From: Ginglymostoma cirratum
Taxonomy: Eukaryota
Assembly (NCBI GenBank): GCA_024137785.1
Contig: JAHRHZ010000019.1
Location: forward strand, 19,957,240-20,021,239
Direction: 5' to 3'
DNA length: 64,000 bases
In this document: in pieces, positions 27,336 to 39,343 of the stretch
Numbering within the stretch: position 1 is the stretch's first letter
How the letters are laid out: every line of letters starts with the position of its first letter
The notes under the pieces: generated by a model
Seen by the model: the letters and a program-made list of their open reading frames with translations, nothing else
Told to the model about the DNA's origin: nothing
Databases searched by the model: none
Made by a program: the position numbers and the translations under genes

Positions 27336-28840
27336 ATCTTGAAATAATTTATGTAGACAAGTCCCTGGGACAGGCAGGATTTATCCCAGGGCACTGTGGG
27401 AGGCAGGGGAGGAAATTGCTTGGGGCCTTAACAGAGATCTCTGCATACTCTTTAGCCTCAGGCGAAGTTCTCCTGCGGACTGGAGAATGGCCAATGTTAA
27501 GAAGGGAAACAGATAATCCAGGTGAGGTGAGCCTGATTTCAATGGTAGGGAAGCTGTTGGAAAAGATACCAAGCGACAGGACTTACTCACATTTGGAAGC
27601 AAACAGACTTCTTAATGATAAGCAGCATTGGTTTGTGTGGGTAAGGTCATGTCTCTCCAACTTGATTGAGTTTTTTCAGGTGACAGGAACAATTAAGGGA
27701 AGAGATGTTTACATGGGCTTTAGTAAAGCATTTGATAAGGTACCTCGTGGCAGGCTGGTACATAAGGTGGAATCTCATGAGATCTGGAGTGAGCTGGCTT
27801 GGTCATAGAAGATAGATTAGCAGTGGAAGGGTGCTTTTTGGAATGGAGATCAGTAACTAGTGATGTTCGACAGGGATCAGTGCTGGGAACTTTGTAATGT
27901 ATATAAATATTCTGGAGGAAAATGTAGGTGGTTTGATCATTAAGTTTGAGGATGACACCAAAATTGGCAGAGTTGCAGGTAGTGAGGAGGATTGTCAAAA
28001 TTACAGTGGGATATAGATCGCAGATTTGGGCAGAGAAATGGCAGGTGGAGTTTAATTTGGGCAAATACAAAGTGATGCATTTTGGAAGATCAAATTCAGG
28101 TGTGAATTACACAATAAATGGCAGAACCCTGAGGAGCATTGATGTACAGAGGGGTTTGGGTGTGCAGGTCCACAGATCCATGCAAGTGGCAACACCTTTG
28201 GATAAGGTGGTTAGGAAGGCATACAGAATGTTTGCCTTCACCGGCCAAGGCATCAAATATAAAAGTTGGCAAATTATGTTACAGCTGTACAAAACTTGAG
28301 TTAGGCCACATTTAGAATATTGTGTGCAGTTCTGGATGCCACACTACCTGAAGGATGTGAATGCTATGGAGAAGGGGCGGAAAAAGTTTACCAGGATGTT
28401 GCCTAGTCTGGATGGTTTTAGTTAGGAGGAGAGTTTGGATAAACTCGGATTGTTCTCACTGGAAAGATGGAGACTGAGGGGTGACCTGATAGAGGTCTAC
28501 AAAATTGAGAGGCATAGTTAAGGTGGATAATCAGAAGCTTTTTACCCAGGATGGCAAGGTTACCTACAAGAGGGTGCAAGTTCAAAGTGAGAGGGGCAAT
28601 GTTTAGGGGAGAAGTGCAGGAAAACACTTTTACACAGGTGTCTGAAGTACACTGTCAGTGGAGGTGGTGGAAGCAGGCACGTTAGCAATGTTTAAGGTGT
28701 ATCTTGATAGACAAATGAATGTGAGGCAAACAGAGGGATAGATATTCCCCATGCACGCTAAAGTAGCGGGTCTAAGTAAGGATTAGAAATTACTTTAGGC
28801 TTGATGGGCTGAAGGTGCTGTTCCTGTGTTGTGTTGTATA
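27336..28840 (+). mobile_element. CR1 LINE (outer copy), RT and 3' half
   Basis: Resumes the element broken at 21865 (DKSLG.AGFIP, SCLSNLIEFF, YMGFSKAFDKVP, WAEKWQVEFN). Ends in a gatgggctgaaggtgctgttcctgtgttgt tail. Confidence 0.9.
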
Positions 28841-31711
28841 ACTAGCTGGCAAATTTCTATTTTACATACTGTCTCATTGTGCTTTTTGTAGATTGTTCTT
28901 CTAGGATGGGCTCAGTATAGAAACGTTTGCATACTTTGCAAAACCTCAGTGCTTGAATTCTCCCATATCCCTGCTTCCGCTTGTTGCAAAATAATTTTTG
29001 TCAGCTTCCAGGCAGTAATGAAAATATTTCACTAGCATGTTTGGAATTCTCATGCAGTGACTTTCCCTGAAAGTTGGTACTGAAAGCATGCAGGACAAGG
29101 TTCGTTGGATGTGCTTGAAGTGGTTTGACACTCCAGACTTGCTGCCAGCTTGTCTCCCCTCCAGAGCCACAACATTTTGGGTTTGTTTGTAACTCGACCA
29201 CCAAAAAATCCGCATTAAAGTGAGACGATGCAATCTGACTGGTGGCAACGAGCAGCTTTTGATCAGGATTATGTGTTTGTCCCAAAAAACTAAAATTCCA
29301 TATTTGTTAAAATGCATATCCATGTTGCTTTGAAATAGATTTTTTTTTTCCTTTGTTTTTTTGGAAAGGATATTTTTCTGGGTATTTCCTGGATATTTTC
29401 TGAACGCTTGCTGCACTGTCAGGAAAATGGTTGTCAAGATGATTGCACTTGGCCCTTCTGTAAATTACTGTCAGCTTGGTTTTGCTGGTAACTCATTCTG
29501 CTCCAGGCTAAAATATTAGTAAAAGCCCACAACTTAGGCTTGCATCCCAGTGCACAAGGAGTGCCTGTGAAAGGATTTAAACCGAGTTTCTGTCTGCTTT
29601 TCTAATGGGCATTAAAGACCCGTGACAGTGTTTGAAGAAAAGCTGGGAATTTCCCCCAGATCAGGTCAGGTCACCGCTTTAACCTTCCAGACTCCAAATG
29701 AGAAAAGTCTTTGATTTCTTAATCACAGTTCACAAAAGTATAACAAGAAGACCAAATAATGTCTCATGAATGCTTGGTATCAAATGCATGAGTGCTGGCA
29801 ATATTAGCATTGCTTCACCTCCTGAATGTCATCCATGCTATTTGTAATGTTACATCAATTAGGCCAGGGGCACTGTTGAGGATCGATTGGACTGAACCAG
29901 ACCCAGTAAATCTGTGAGGAACTTCATACAAAGCATGAAATTAAACTACCTAAACATAGTTGATTTGACAAGCAGCATGAAGAGAAAAAGCTGATAATGC
30001 TCAGCAACCAACCAGACAAAGGAACAAACCAAGTTCATGTTTTATTGTTGATGGTCTTTCAAACCAAATCTTAGCTTTGTTTCCCTTTCCGTTTGGTACT
30101 TATACTATTGAATAATTCCAGCATTCTGTTTTACTTTCAAATTTCTAGAGCCCATAGTATTTTTTTAAAATTTGGGCAATAGTGTATTCCCAATATCACA
30201 TTGTAGTATATTAGTGCACGCAATCTTGTATGTAACCTAATGTGCCCTGTGTAAGTAGACTTTCTTTTGACAGATTTCAGCACAGGCCATCTTAAGTACT
30301 GGCTTTTACCTGTTGAAACCTGAATTGAAGGTGGGGAGGTGGGGGAGGGAAGAACTGAAGCAGAAATCTGAAAGTTGGACATGTTTTACTTGTTCAATTA
30401 TGGTTAATTTGGGAAGGGGGTGGTGTGAGGGATAGAGCCTTTTTTTATTCCTTCCCCCTTCCACTTTCCATGGACCCATTAGTTAAAGTCCATCTGAGGT
30501 AGGAATGCTGTCATTCTTCATTAAAACCTCCTGTGGCATTACTTAGGTTTACGTGGGTTTGTATTTCATGACGACAAAAGAAAAGTAGGTGTGCATGGAG
30601 ACTTTGCAGCAGTCACTCTGTACATTGTTCTAGGTAAAACCTTGACCTGAGAAATACTTGAAGTTCTGATTTCAAGAGTGGATTGGATGATTTCTTATTA
30701 TTTGTTAGTGTTTAGGTGCCATTTAAGTTCAAAACAAAAATAAAGGCATACTTGATTTTTTACCTCACACTCACCTCTCTTTTGAATCTGATTCTTCAGC
30801 GTTCTCTGCAATTTATCCATCTTTAGTTACTTATTTGTAAAGAATGACAATTGCAAGTTTGTTTCTATTAAGTATTGTCAATGAAATTCATAACACCTTT
30901 GTAAAATGCTACAGTTATTTAAAGGACAATGAATGGTTCTTCATTTTGCCTTTGCTGCTTCAAGTGAATGGCTGTACTATGCGCCATTAGAGATTTCAGA
31001 GTTTACCAAATCAGTAGACTTTATTCATCTACGTTATGATGTAATACTTTTGGCTTCTCGAGCAATGACCGTATATTGAAGCTATTAAATGTTTAAACCG
31101 TCATAAATAAAACATTTGACACAAATGGTTTGAGATTTCCTTATGGAAAATACCATAAATTCCTATCCCTGTGCACGTTACATATTCTTGGATTTGTTTG
31201 TCCTTGAAGCATGGCTTTTGTGGTGACAGTACGCTAATCAAAAGTTCTAATGATAAGTTTGTAGCACTGGAAGACAGACAGTGTTGTGTTGTATTAATGA
31301 ATGATATCTGTATCATGCTTTTTCTGGAATGCAATGCCTCTGTGGTACTGTTTTCAATTAGAAAGTGCTGAACTTTCAGCTCATTTTATTTCACAGATCT
31401 GTAATAAACAAGTCATAGCCCTTTATTTTACAATCAGTCTGACCACAATTGGCCAGCTAATGTCATTTCCTGTAGATAATTCCTCTCTGAACCTTCCTGC
31501 CCACTGAATTTGTTCTATCCACTGAATTTTCTAGCCCAAATTCAGGTATCAGTTCCTAGCCCACTTCACATCACATTGCACATTGTTCACAGTATTGAGA
31601 TCAGGGCCAACCATCTCCTCATCCTTCTTTTGAATGAACACATTAACATCCTAACAGTAGACTTTTCATCCTTCTCCACCATCTGATCCAGCTGCCCACT
31701 TCCCATAATCA

Positions 31712-31951
31712 AATAAAAGCCGAAAGAACTGTGGAAGCTTTGAATCAGAAACGAAAACAGAAATTGCTGGAAAAGCTCAATAGGTCTGGCAGCATCTGTG
31801 AGGAGAAATTAAGAGTTAACATTTCGAGTTTGGTGACCTTGCTCAGAATCTCAATTTTGAGGAAGGGTCACCGGATCCGAAACATTAACTCTAGATTTCT
31901 CTTCACAGGTGCTGCTAAACCTGCTGAGCTTTTCCAGCAATTTCAGTCTTT
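31712..31951. mobile_element. Palindromic Penelope-end element with 13-bp TSD
   Basis: About 90-bp inverted arms. The flanking direct repeat cttcccataatca occurs at 31699-31711 and 31952-31964. Confidence 0.85.
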
Positions 31952-32344
31952 CTTCCCATAATCAGCTTTGAAAGGAGTGATAATCCCAAATTCCTCTGAT
32001 CAATGACCAACAGCAATTTTTGCTCTCTTTGCCCTCCGTTCTAATGTGCATGCAGCTCATGAAAATCTTCCCAGCCAAAAGTAAGATTGTCATCTTTGCA
32101 GTTTCTATTGTCCTCTTCAGACTTTGTCTCCATCCTTTTCTTTTTCTTATCCCAGAATATTTCTTACATATCTGTATTCCCCTGTGCCCTTCTAATCTGG
32201 GGTTGTTTTCTCATCTGTCATATTGATGTTTTGACCCATCCAGAAGATGCCTCTGGCCCATAAAACTATTCCTTAGCACCTAATGTAATGTAATGCTTGT
32301 TGATATTATCAATGGCTCATGTCGTTCAGTTTTGTTTTAAATGT

Positions 32345-33840
32345 TATTCTTTGATGGGATGTAAGGATCATTGTAATAGACAGCATTTGTTGCCCAACCA
32401 ATATTTGTCCTTGAAAACATGATAGCCAATCTGATCCAGTGCAGTCCATCTACTGTATGCGGTGTTGTAGAATCAGAGTTCGACGTTATAGGATCAGAGT
32501 TCGACAGCACAGAAAAAGGCCCTTTGGCCCATCAAATCCCTGCCAGTCAAAAACCGGCACGTAACTATTGTTGGAAAGTTCCACTAGTTTGACGTACCAA
32601 ATGAAAGAATGGTGGGATAGTTTCCATGCAACTGCTGCTGTTGTGCAGCTAGGTACTAAAGGCCATGTGTTAGGATGAAACTACAAAGGAGCCTTGGTCA
32701 TATGCATGATGCACTGCAGCAAATGGTACACTGTGCCCTTTTGGAGGGAGTCCATGTTTAAGGTGGTCAATAATGTGCTGGATAAATATATTGCCTTGTA
32801 TTGAGGGTTGGATAAGCTGCAATCCTTCAGACGTGTGGTGAGTGTTCCATCATACTCTGCACCTCACATGTACCATGCAGATTGCGGTTACGCTTTATAG
32901 AGTTTTGAAATGAGTTCATTACTACAGAGATTCCAGTATCTGTCTGATGTTTGTAGCCACGGTATTTATTTGGCTGACCCTGTTTAATTTCTGGTCAGCA
33001 GTAGTCCCCACGATGCTGATAATAGGGCGTTCGAGAGAGATGGCTGAATAATGAGATTTGGTCACTGCCTGCCACCGGGTGTAGCTGTTACTTGCCACTT
33101 ACCAAACCAAGTCTGAATGCTGCACAGCTTGTTTTCCTGTACGTGCACACAAATTGCTTCCATTTGACTATTCACAAATAGTACTGAATGTCCTGCGTTA
33201 CTGAGTTTACTGAGAAGCGGTACTGCTTCTGAACTTTATGACAGAGGGACGGTCCATGATGAAGCAGCTGCAGAGGTTGGACCAAAGGCACTAACTTAAC
33301 GAGTTTCTGCAACGTTACCTGGGGAGTGAAATAACTATCCAACGAAATGCTCAACATCTTTTGTGCTCGATGTCACTTCAACCAGTGGAGATTTCCCCTG
33401 AATCCTATTGACTGCAATTTTGCTGGACCTACTTAGTGCCACACTCTGTCAAATGCTACCTTGATGTCAGGAGAGGTAACTCTTTCCTCTTGAATTCACC
33501 TCTTCAGTCCAAGGGTCAAGACTGTAATGAGATCAGGATCTGACTGACCATAGCAGAAGCCAAATTTAGTGCCAGTGACCAGGTTATTGCTGACTAAGTG
33601 CTGTTTGAAAGCACGATCAACAAGACCTACTGTCACTTTGATCAAGAATCAATAGCTCACTGGCAATTGGCTGCGTTGGAAATGTCCATTTTCTTTTTCC
33701 TGTGTGGGGTACATACGAGGCAAATTTGCACATTATGGGTAGATGCCATTTGTGGCTGTACTGAAACAGCTTGGCTAGGGGCACAGCCAGTTACGTAGCA
33801 CGTGCCTTCAGTGCTAAAAGTGGGATGTAGTCATGGCCCT
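32345..33840 (-). mobile_element. Old non-LTR retrotransposon (CR1/L2 group), 3' about 1.5 kb, with a small CR1/SINE tail inserted at about 32470-32570
   Basis: Begins with gatgggatgt...cagcatttgttgccc, the reverse complement of a gggcaataaatgctg-type tail. Also has RT-like remnants (ccacactctgtcaaatgctaccttgatgtca = DIKVAFDRVW on the minus strand). Confidence 0.75.
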
Positions 33841-34364
33841 ATTGCGTTGAAGGGAAATAATATCTTCAAAGGCAATCATAATTAATGCTTTTCCTTGACA
33901 TTCTTTTAAAAAGGATGTCTTACTTTAGTGGCATTTTATTGATATTCCACAAATATGAAGTGGATTATTTTAACCTACGTTGCCGACTGCCTGTTTAGAT
34001 TGGCTAGCAACTTTACAGCCTGACTCTTTTTGTTTTCCTCTGGCTTCAATTTTGAGTTTTCCATTGCGTGGCTCAGGTTTTAAAATAGTCCACGTTTGAT
34101 GGACTCCAAGTGAATCTACATTCTTCTTGGTCTGCTGTAAATAAACTTGTATTCTCTGTGTTTAAAGCAGCAATTTAATGAACTGTTGCATGTAATTTCA
34201 GTATGCAGCAGGACTTTGGGGAAAAAAGTGTTGAAGTGGCGTGAGGTGAATTGCTCCTTCACAGGGCCAGTATAGACACGATAGGCTGATTGGCCACCTC
34301 TTGGGCTGTGTAACTGTTTTGTGCTTCTAAGCATTGTGGGGCTGACCCTTTTTCACAATAGTTG

Positions 34365-34492
34365 TAGCTCCATTCAGCTTTTGCATTTTGCACTCCATCG
34401 ACCGGCACTCATGAACGCGATGGCAGTTTTCTTACCATCACCACTTAACGAGCACCAAATTAAGTGCAAAATGCAAAAGCTGAATGGAGCTA
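34365..34492. repeat. Perfect 30-bp inverted repeat with a 68-nt spacer
   Basis: tagctccattcagcttttgcattttgcact (34365-34394) is the exact reverse complement of agtgcaaaatgcaaaagctgaatggagcta (34463-34492). Confidence 0.95.
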
Positions 34493-35042
34493 AAACTTAA
34501 TAAACCAGGCCTCACTGCCCTTGCTTGGGGACAGTATACACAGAGTCTCCAAACTCAGCTCCCCTTTGGTGTCAGCTGAGAATGACTGACTGACTGCCTA
34601 GAATTATTTTGCCCCTCTCAGCAAAGTAACTTGCTGATATTTAAGATACAGCCATTAAGCTGTGTGTGTAAAGTTCCAAGATAGTGTACCACAATGACCA
34701 GTTAATCCTTGGGTAGGATAAAAGTTGTCTGACAGATAAAGGCTTATTGCTTCAAAAAGAAGCTGAAAGCTAACAAACTGTTAAGATGAGCCGAGGCGAG
34801 AAACAATAGCTACAGCCCAGGCAGTTTTACGCAAACTATGAAATCAAAAGAGCAGGGACAGTAATTTAAATGTGAGAATAATGAGAAAGGGCTCAAGGGT
34901 TGGAGAAGACCAAGCTGATCTGTTAAAATACCTGTTATCACTGAGCACGATAGCTGACAGAGTTGCAAGCACAGGGCAAAATTATGTGCGAGTCCCATTT
35001 TCCCTAATCTGTGCTTTTGGATCTTAAATTTTAAATCTGCAG

Positions 35043-35131
35043 AGAGCACAGCAAGAAGAGTTGGAGAAAATTGAAAAGCAGATCCAAAAGTCATCCAAAG
35101 ATAATGCCAAGCCCTTGGACAAGCCTGAGCA
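35043..35131 (+). CDS. FMN2: FMN2-like FH2 exon B (89 nt, phase 0 to 2): RAQQEELEKIEKQIQKSSKDNAKPLDKPE(Q)
   Basis: Acceptor aaatctgcag, donor gtaagt. In frame with exon A (YEN|RAQ). LDKPEQ is typical of FMN-family FH2. Confidence 0.95.
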
Positions 35132-35317
35132 GTAAGTTTTGCTTTAAGCTGCTTTAATGCTTTTTGGCCTGTTGTGCCTCCACTACTACTGTCACACATT
35201 TACTTTCATTTTTTTTTTTGCTTGGCCAACAGGCAAAACATATTGGGTGGGAGAGGCTGGGTTTACTGGAACTCTAGCTTTGGAAGCATGCAATGACTGA
35301 TTACTCTTCTCCATCAG

Positions 35318-35447
35318 GTTCCTCTATGAGCTGGCTCAAATTGTCAATTTCTCCGAACGAGTGTTCTGTATCCTTTTCCAGTCCACTTTCTTGGAAAATA
35401 TTGCTGCAATCAACCGTAAGCTTGAAATAATGGACAAGCTGTGCAAG
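35318..35447 (+). CDS. FMN2: FMN2-like FH2 exon C (130 nt, phase 2 to 0): [43 protein letters not shown]
   Basis: Acceptor ttactcttctccatcag, donor gtaggc. [15 protein letters not shown] matches remembered FMN2. Follows exon B after a 186-nt intron. Confidence 0.96.
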
Positions 35448-36302
35448 GTAGGCCGCAACGCTCCTAAAACACAGTACGTAGCCCATTCTCATTATTAACT
35501 TCTAAGGCTACTGAGTCTCCTCTCCTGCTTTTTTTAATGTTTCCTTTTATGGTTTGTTGAAGGACGTTTATATAAAACAGTCGCTTCCTAACATACACAG
35601 ATCTTTGCTGTTTTTAAGACCATCTTATTGGTGGTGAGGGGGGATGTGTGTGGACCAAACCTTTTCCATTTGAAGACTTTTACGGGTAAAAAATGCAAGT
35701 GCGTTGATTACATGGTTGTGGGTGGGGTTTGGTGGATGTGGCATTTGGAACTTCAGATGTATACCCAAAAGAGTAAAGTGGGGAAAAAAAAAGTCAACTT
35801 TTAAGATGTTTGGAAATAGTTTGCTATAATAAATGGTGAGTGTTACTTAATAGGCCTTCATGTAAACAGTGGTGCTGATTGTTGAAACAAGCTTTACTTT
35901 TCAAGAAAAGATATAAATGGAGCATTACTTGGGGAACTGTCCAAATTCTGGTAATCCTGAGAAAGACATAGTGCTCTCTCTTGCAAATGGAAGATGAAGA
36001 CTTTTTCTTCATTTTATCCTTGTGCATTTATATAATTTTGTATGGGGTACTTGTCCTCTTAGCATTTTGGTTTTAAATAAGTGCAAGCTTAAAATGCCTA
36101 TAATGCTAATTGAAAAGTGTTCTGGTGTCTGATTGGCAACTGATAGCTGGTCCAAATATTAATGTCAGTGGACACATTGCTCTAAAATGTTTAAATGTGA
36201 CTGTCCTCTGCTCCAAGAGACAAAAGGCTCACAATTATAATATATACTTGCAACAGCCTCTGTGTTCCGTATTCACTGGGGACGATAACCGTGAAGTGGT
36301 TA

Positions 36303-36358
36303 GGGGGAGGTGATGGCCTAGTGGTATTATCGCTGGATGGTTAATCCAGAGACCCGGA
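36303..36358 (+). mobile_element. Head fragment of the 47755-family SINE
   Basis: ggggaggtgatggcctagtggtattatcgctggatggttaatccagagaccc. Confidence 0.75.
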
Positions 36359-36374
36359 CAACGTAATTTCGAGA

Positions 36375-36710
36375 GAGTGAATTCTGTTTTTTATTTTAAA
36401 TAAGTGCGATTTGTATTTATTGGAACAGCATATTATTAGAATCTTGTTTTATTCAGAAACAGTTAGTAGTTAGAAGGGATATGTTCAGCTTGTTAATGCC
36501 TTAGTTAAAATGCTCACTGTTAGAGAAATAAATTGTTACTTGTTTATTGTAAAGTCAGTGTCAGGATTTGTTTTATTTGACCATTAGAAGTTGCTAAAAG
36601 GCAGGTTACTCAACTTTTCATGCTCCTTTTACAGAGTATACGGTGAGGTGCTCCTCTTCGGGTGTTTTGGTTTTAGTTTATAGAAGGGGGTCAACCTCCG
36701 CTTTATAACA
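36375..36710 (+). mobile_element. LTR-like 3' fragment
   Basis: Internal aaataaa and a terminal ...ctttataaca (CA end). The composition resembles 50345-50590. Confidence 0.4.
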
Positions 36711-36849
36711 CTTGCATGCTCATAAGAGAGGCCATTCATTTGGAGTTTCTTTTTTCTTGATCCTTTTGTGGGATTCAGGTTGGTAAAACAATGCCTTTGT
36801 AAAGGTGTTAAGTGTGGTAGCATCGAGACATGCATCCATAGTTGGGAAA

Positions 36850-38460
36850 GTTAAAACAAAAGTAACCAAATCTCCCTGACTAATGAAAGGGATGGAGTAA
36901 AAATGTGGTTATGACCAATGTATGGTGGATGATACAATTTAAAACCAGATTGAGTACAGAGAAATCAGGTGGCAAACTGAAAAAGCATAAACATCAAGGA
37001 AGAACATGAGAAGAGACTAAAATCTAACCTAGAAGGCAATCTAAAACGTTTTTATATTTTAATAAACCTAAATAGGAAAAAGGATGATAAGGAGTGACAT
37101 AAAAAGAGCACCTCAGACAAAGATGGAGAGTATTGCCAAACCGTTAAATGAGTACTTTGTTTTCCTTGGTAACGATGAGTTCAATGTTGCCAAAGTTGTA
37201 GTGGACGATTTAATCAAGATGCCAGAGGGTGGGTGGGCTGCTAATTGATAAGGAGGAGCTGTTAGGCTGCACTAAAGTCACTGGATTAGCTGTGTACAAG
37301 GATACTGAAATAACGTAAGGACGGAAATTATAGATGCTCTGAACATAATCTTCCAAGCTTCCTTGGATTTCGGGATTGTACCAAAATATTGGGGAATATT
37401 ACAGTCTTGTTCAAAAGGATGCATGGATAAGTCCAGAAACTACAGATTGGTCAGTTTAGCCTCAGTGATAGCGAAGTATTTCAAAATGGCAATCCAGTTT
37501 TTAAAAAAAAATCCATCACTTGGGAACATACAGATTAATGAAGGAAAGCCAGCATGGATTTGTAGAGAGTAAATGGTGTTGAATCAAATTGCTGGAGCTT
37601 TGAGTTCACCGAAAGGGCTGAAGAGAGGATGCTGTTGGTGGTATCCATTGCCCTTCTTGTCACTGCACTCAACATTCTCCAGGGAATAGAATATTTCTTC
37701 CAATGACTCGAAATGGTTTGAGCGTGAGAAATGAACAGGCTAAGGAAGAAAGCAGGGTGAAGGGAAGAATATCAGTGGGCGTAAGCTGTGTTGGGACTTG
37801 AGGCAACAGAGAATGAGAGACATAGATCGATTTAAACTGGGTGGAATAAGATGATGGGCTTTAACTTTGAAAAGGTTACCAAGGGCTAGTTGAGGGCACT
37901 GAAGGATCTCGACGGGGCCCACCCCAGGTGGTTTTATTGGGGCTGTGGCAGATAACGTAGCGAAGTACAAAGGTCTTAGAAAACAGTGAGATGTCACCAA
38001 AGTAAACAAAGTTTCAGTCAAATTAGTGTGTTAATGTAATCATCCTCTAAGATTTGCAAGGTAAAGAAAAGTCTTGGTGTAAAACCAAGTTAGGCCATTG
38101 GTGAGTGATAAGGTCACGAGATATTTTGTAAATTCTTCAGATTTTCCCAAGTCTATTTAAAGAGACCTTTTTCAGTAAAAGACATTTTGCTATAAAGATG
38201 AACCAGTTCTGAACCCCAGAAGCAGGAGGGCATTTAGGACTGAGATGAGGAGAAATTTCTTCAACAGTGGTGAGCTTGTGGAATTTTCTGCCACAGAATG
38301 TGGTTGAGGTTAATCATTGAATGTTTTCAGGAAGGGATTAGTATAGTTCTAGAGGCTAAAGGGTATGGGGAGAAAGCAGGAGCAGGGTAATCAGTTGGAC
38401 ACTGAGTTGGACAATTGATTTATGTTGAATGGTGGAGCAGGCTGGAAGGGCGTGTTTAAG
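36850..38460 (+). mobile_element. Decayed CR1 fragments (RT N-terminal part about 36850-37640; 3' end about 38200-38460)
   Basis: NYRLVSLASV and cagcatggattt motifs. 3' piece ggactgagatgaggagaaatttcttc...gaatggtggagcaggctggaagggc. Confidence 0.7.
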
Positions 38461-38754
38461 CTATGATAAGTATAATGGGAATGGTGGCATGTCTGCTGTT
38501 GAGCTTGTATTCCATAGGTTGTATTTCCAGTTCTTACTGATGAGCAATAAGACTGTAATCCATAAGTCTGCTCATCTGTACACTGACATTGAAAAGCAAT
38601 GATGGCATTTTTTTGTTTCGGTTGAGAAACCAAACTAGTTCATTGCCCAAAAAAACTTGCCGGCTCTACATAGTCAACCTTATATCTGACTGTGAAGTGG
38701 CCTAGCAAATTATTCTGATGTAGAATCGATGCTTTTTAAAAAAGCAATGAATGC

Positions 38755-38980
38755 ATCTTTTACAGTGCCCCATATTCCCAAAATAAATAGTTTGTTCAAA
38801 AGCTGTTGTTGCCTATTATAATAATCATATTAATAATTAATATGAAAATACATCATGTGTATCATATTATAATAATCATATGATCATTTACTTGGCATAA
38901 TGATTATAATAAACTCGGCAACCGCAGCTTTTGAACTGACAGTATATTTATTTTGGGGATATGGGACATTGGGAAAGATC
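38755..38980. repeat. Imperfect foldback (inverted duplication) with AT-rich centre
   Basis: Pairs cccatattcccaaaataaata/tatttattttggggatatggg, gttcaaaagctg/cagcttttgaac and gttgcc/ggcaac are nested in order. Confidence 0.85.
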
Positions 38981-39179
38981 ATTGTAATTGTTCACTTGGC
39001 ACTTTGAAATTTAGAGGAAAATGTTCACAAATGGACCAAACTCTTTCATGAGTGTGCTTTGGTATATTCAAGGGCTAATTTAAACATCTTGACCTTAGAA
39101 TGATGGTTTTGATTTCAAAACCAATGATTAATAAAATCCAAGTTCTTAAGCTAAAACTTATTTTCTGTTATTACCTCAG

Positions 39180-39326
39180 ACACTCCAAACAAGCGCCAGT
39201 GTAAAGCAGGTGCTGGGTCTGATTCTTGCTTTTGGGAACTATATGAATGGTGGGAACAGAAGTCGTGGCCAAGCAGATGGTTTTGGCTTAGAGATTCTTC
39301 CGAAGCTCCGTGATGTGAAGAGCAGT
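39180..39326 (+). CDS. FMN2: FMN2-like FH2 exon D (147 nt, phase 0 to 0): [49 protein letters not shown]
   Basis: Acceptor ttttctgttattacctcag, donor gtaagt. Contains the hallmark FH2 GNYMN post motif and the LPKL-x-DVKS lysine motif. Confidence 0.98.
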
Positions 39327-39343
39327 GTAAGTACACGATCGAC

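Noticed and set aside
32472-32506. Direct repeat atcagagttcgac x2 (also ccactgaattt x2 at about 31500-31530) as CRISPR-like repeats
   Set aside because: Only two units in vertebrate DNA. Explained by a retroposon tail or a local tandem duplication.
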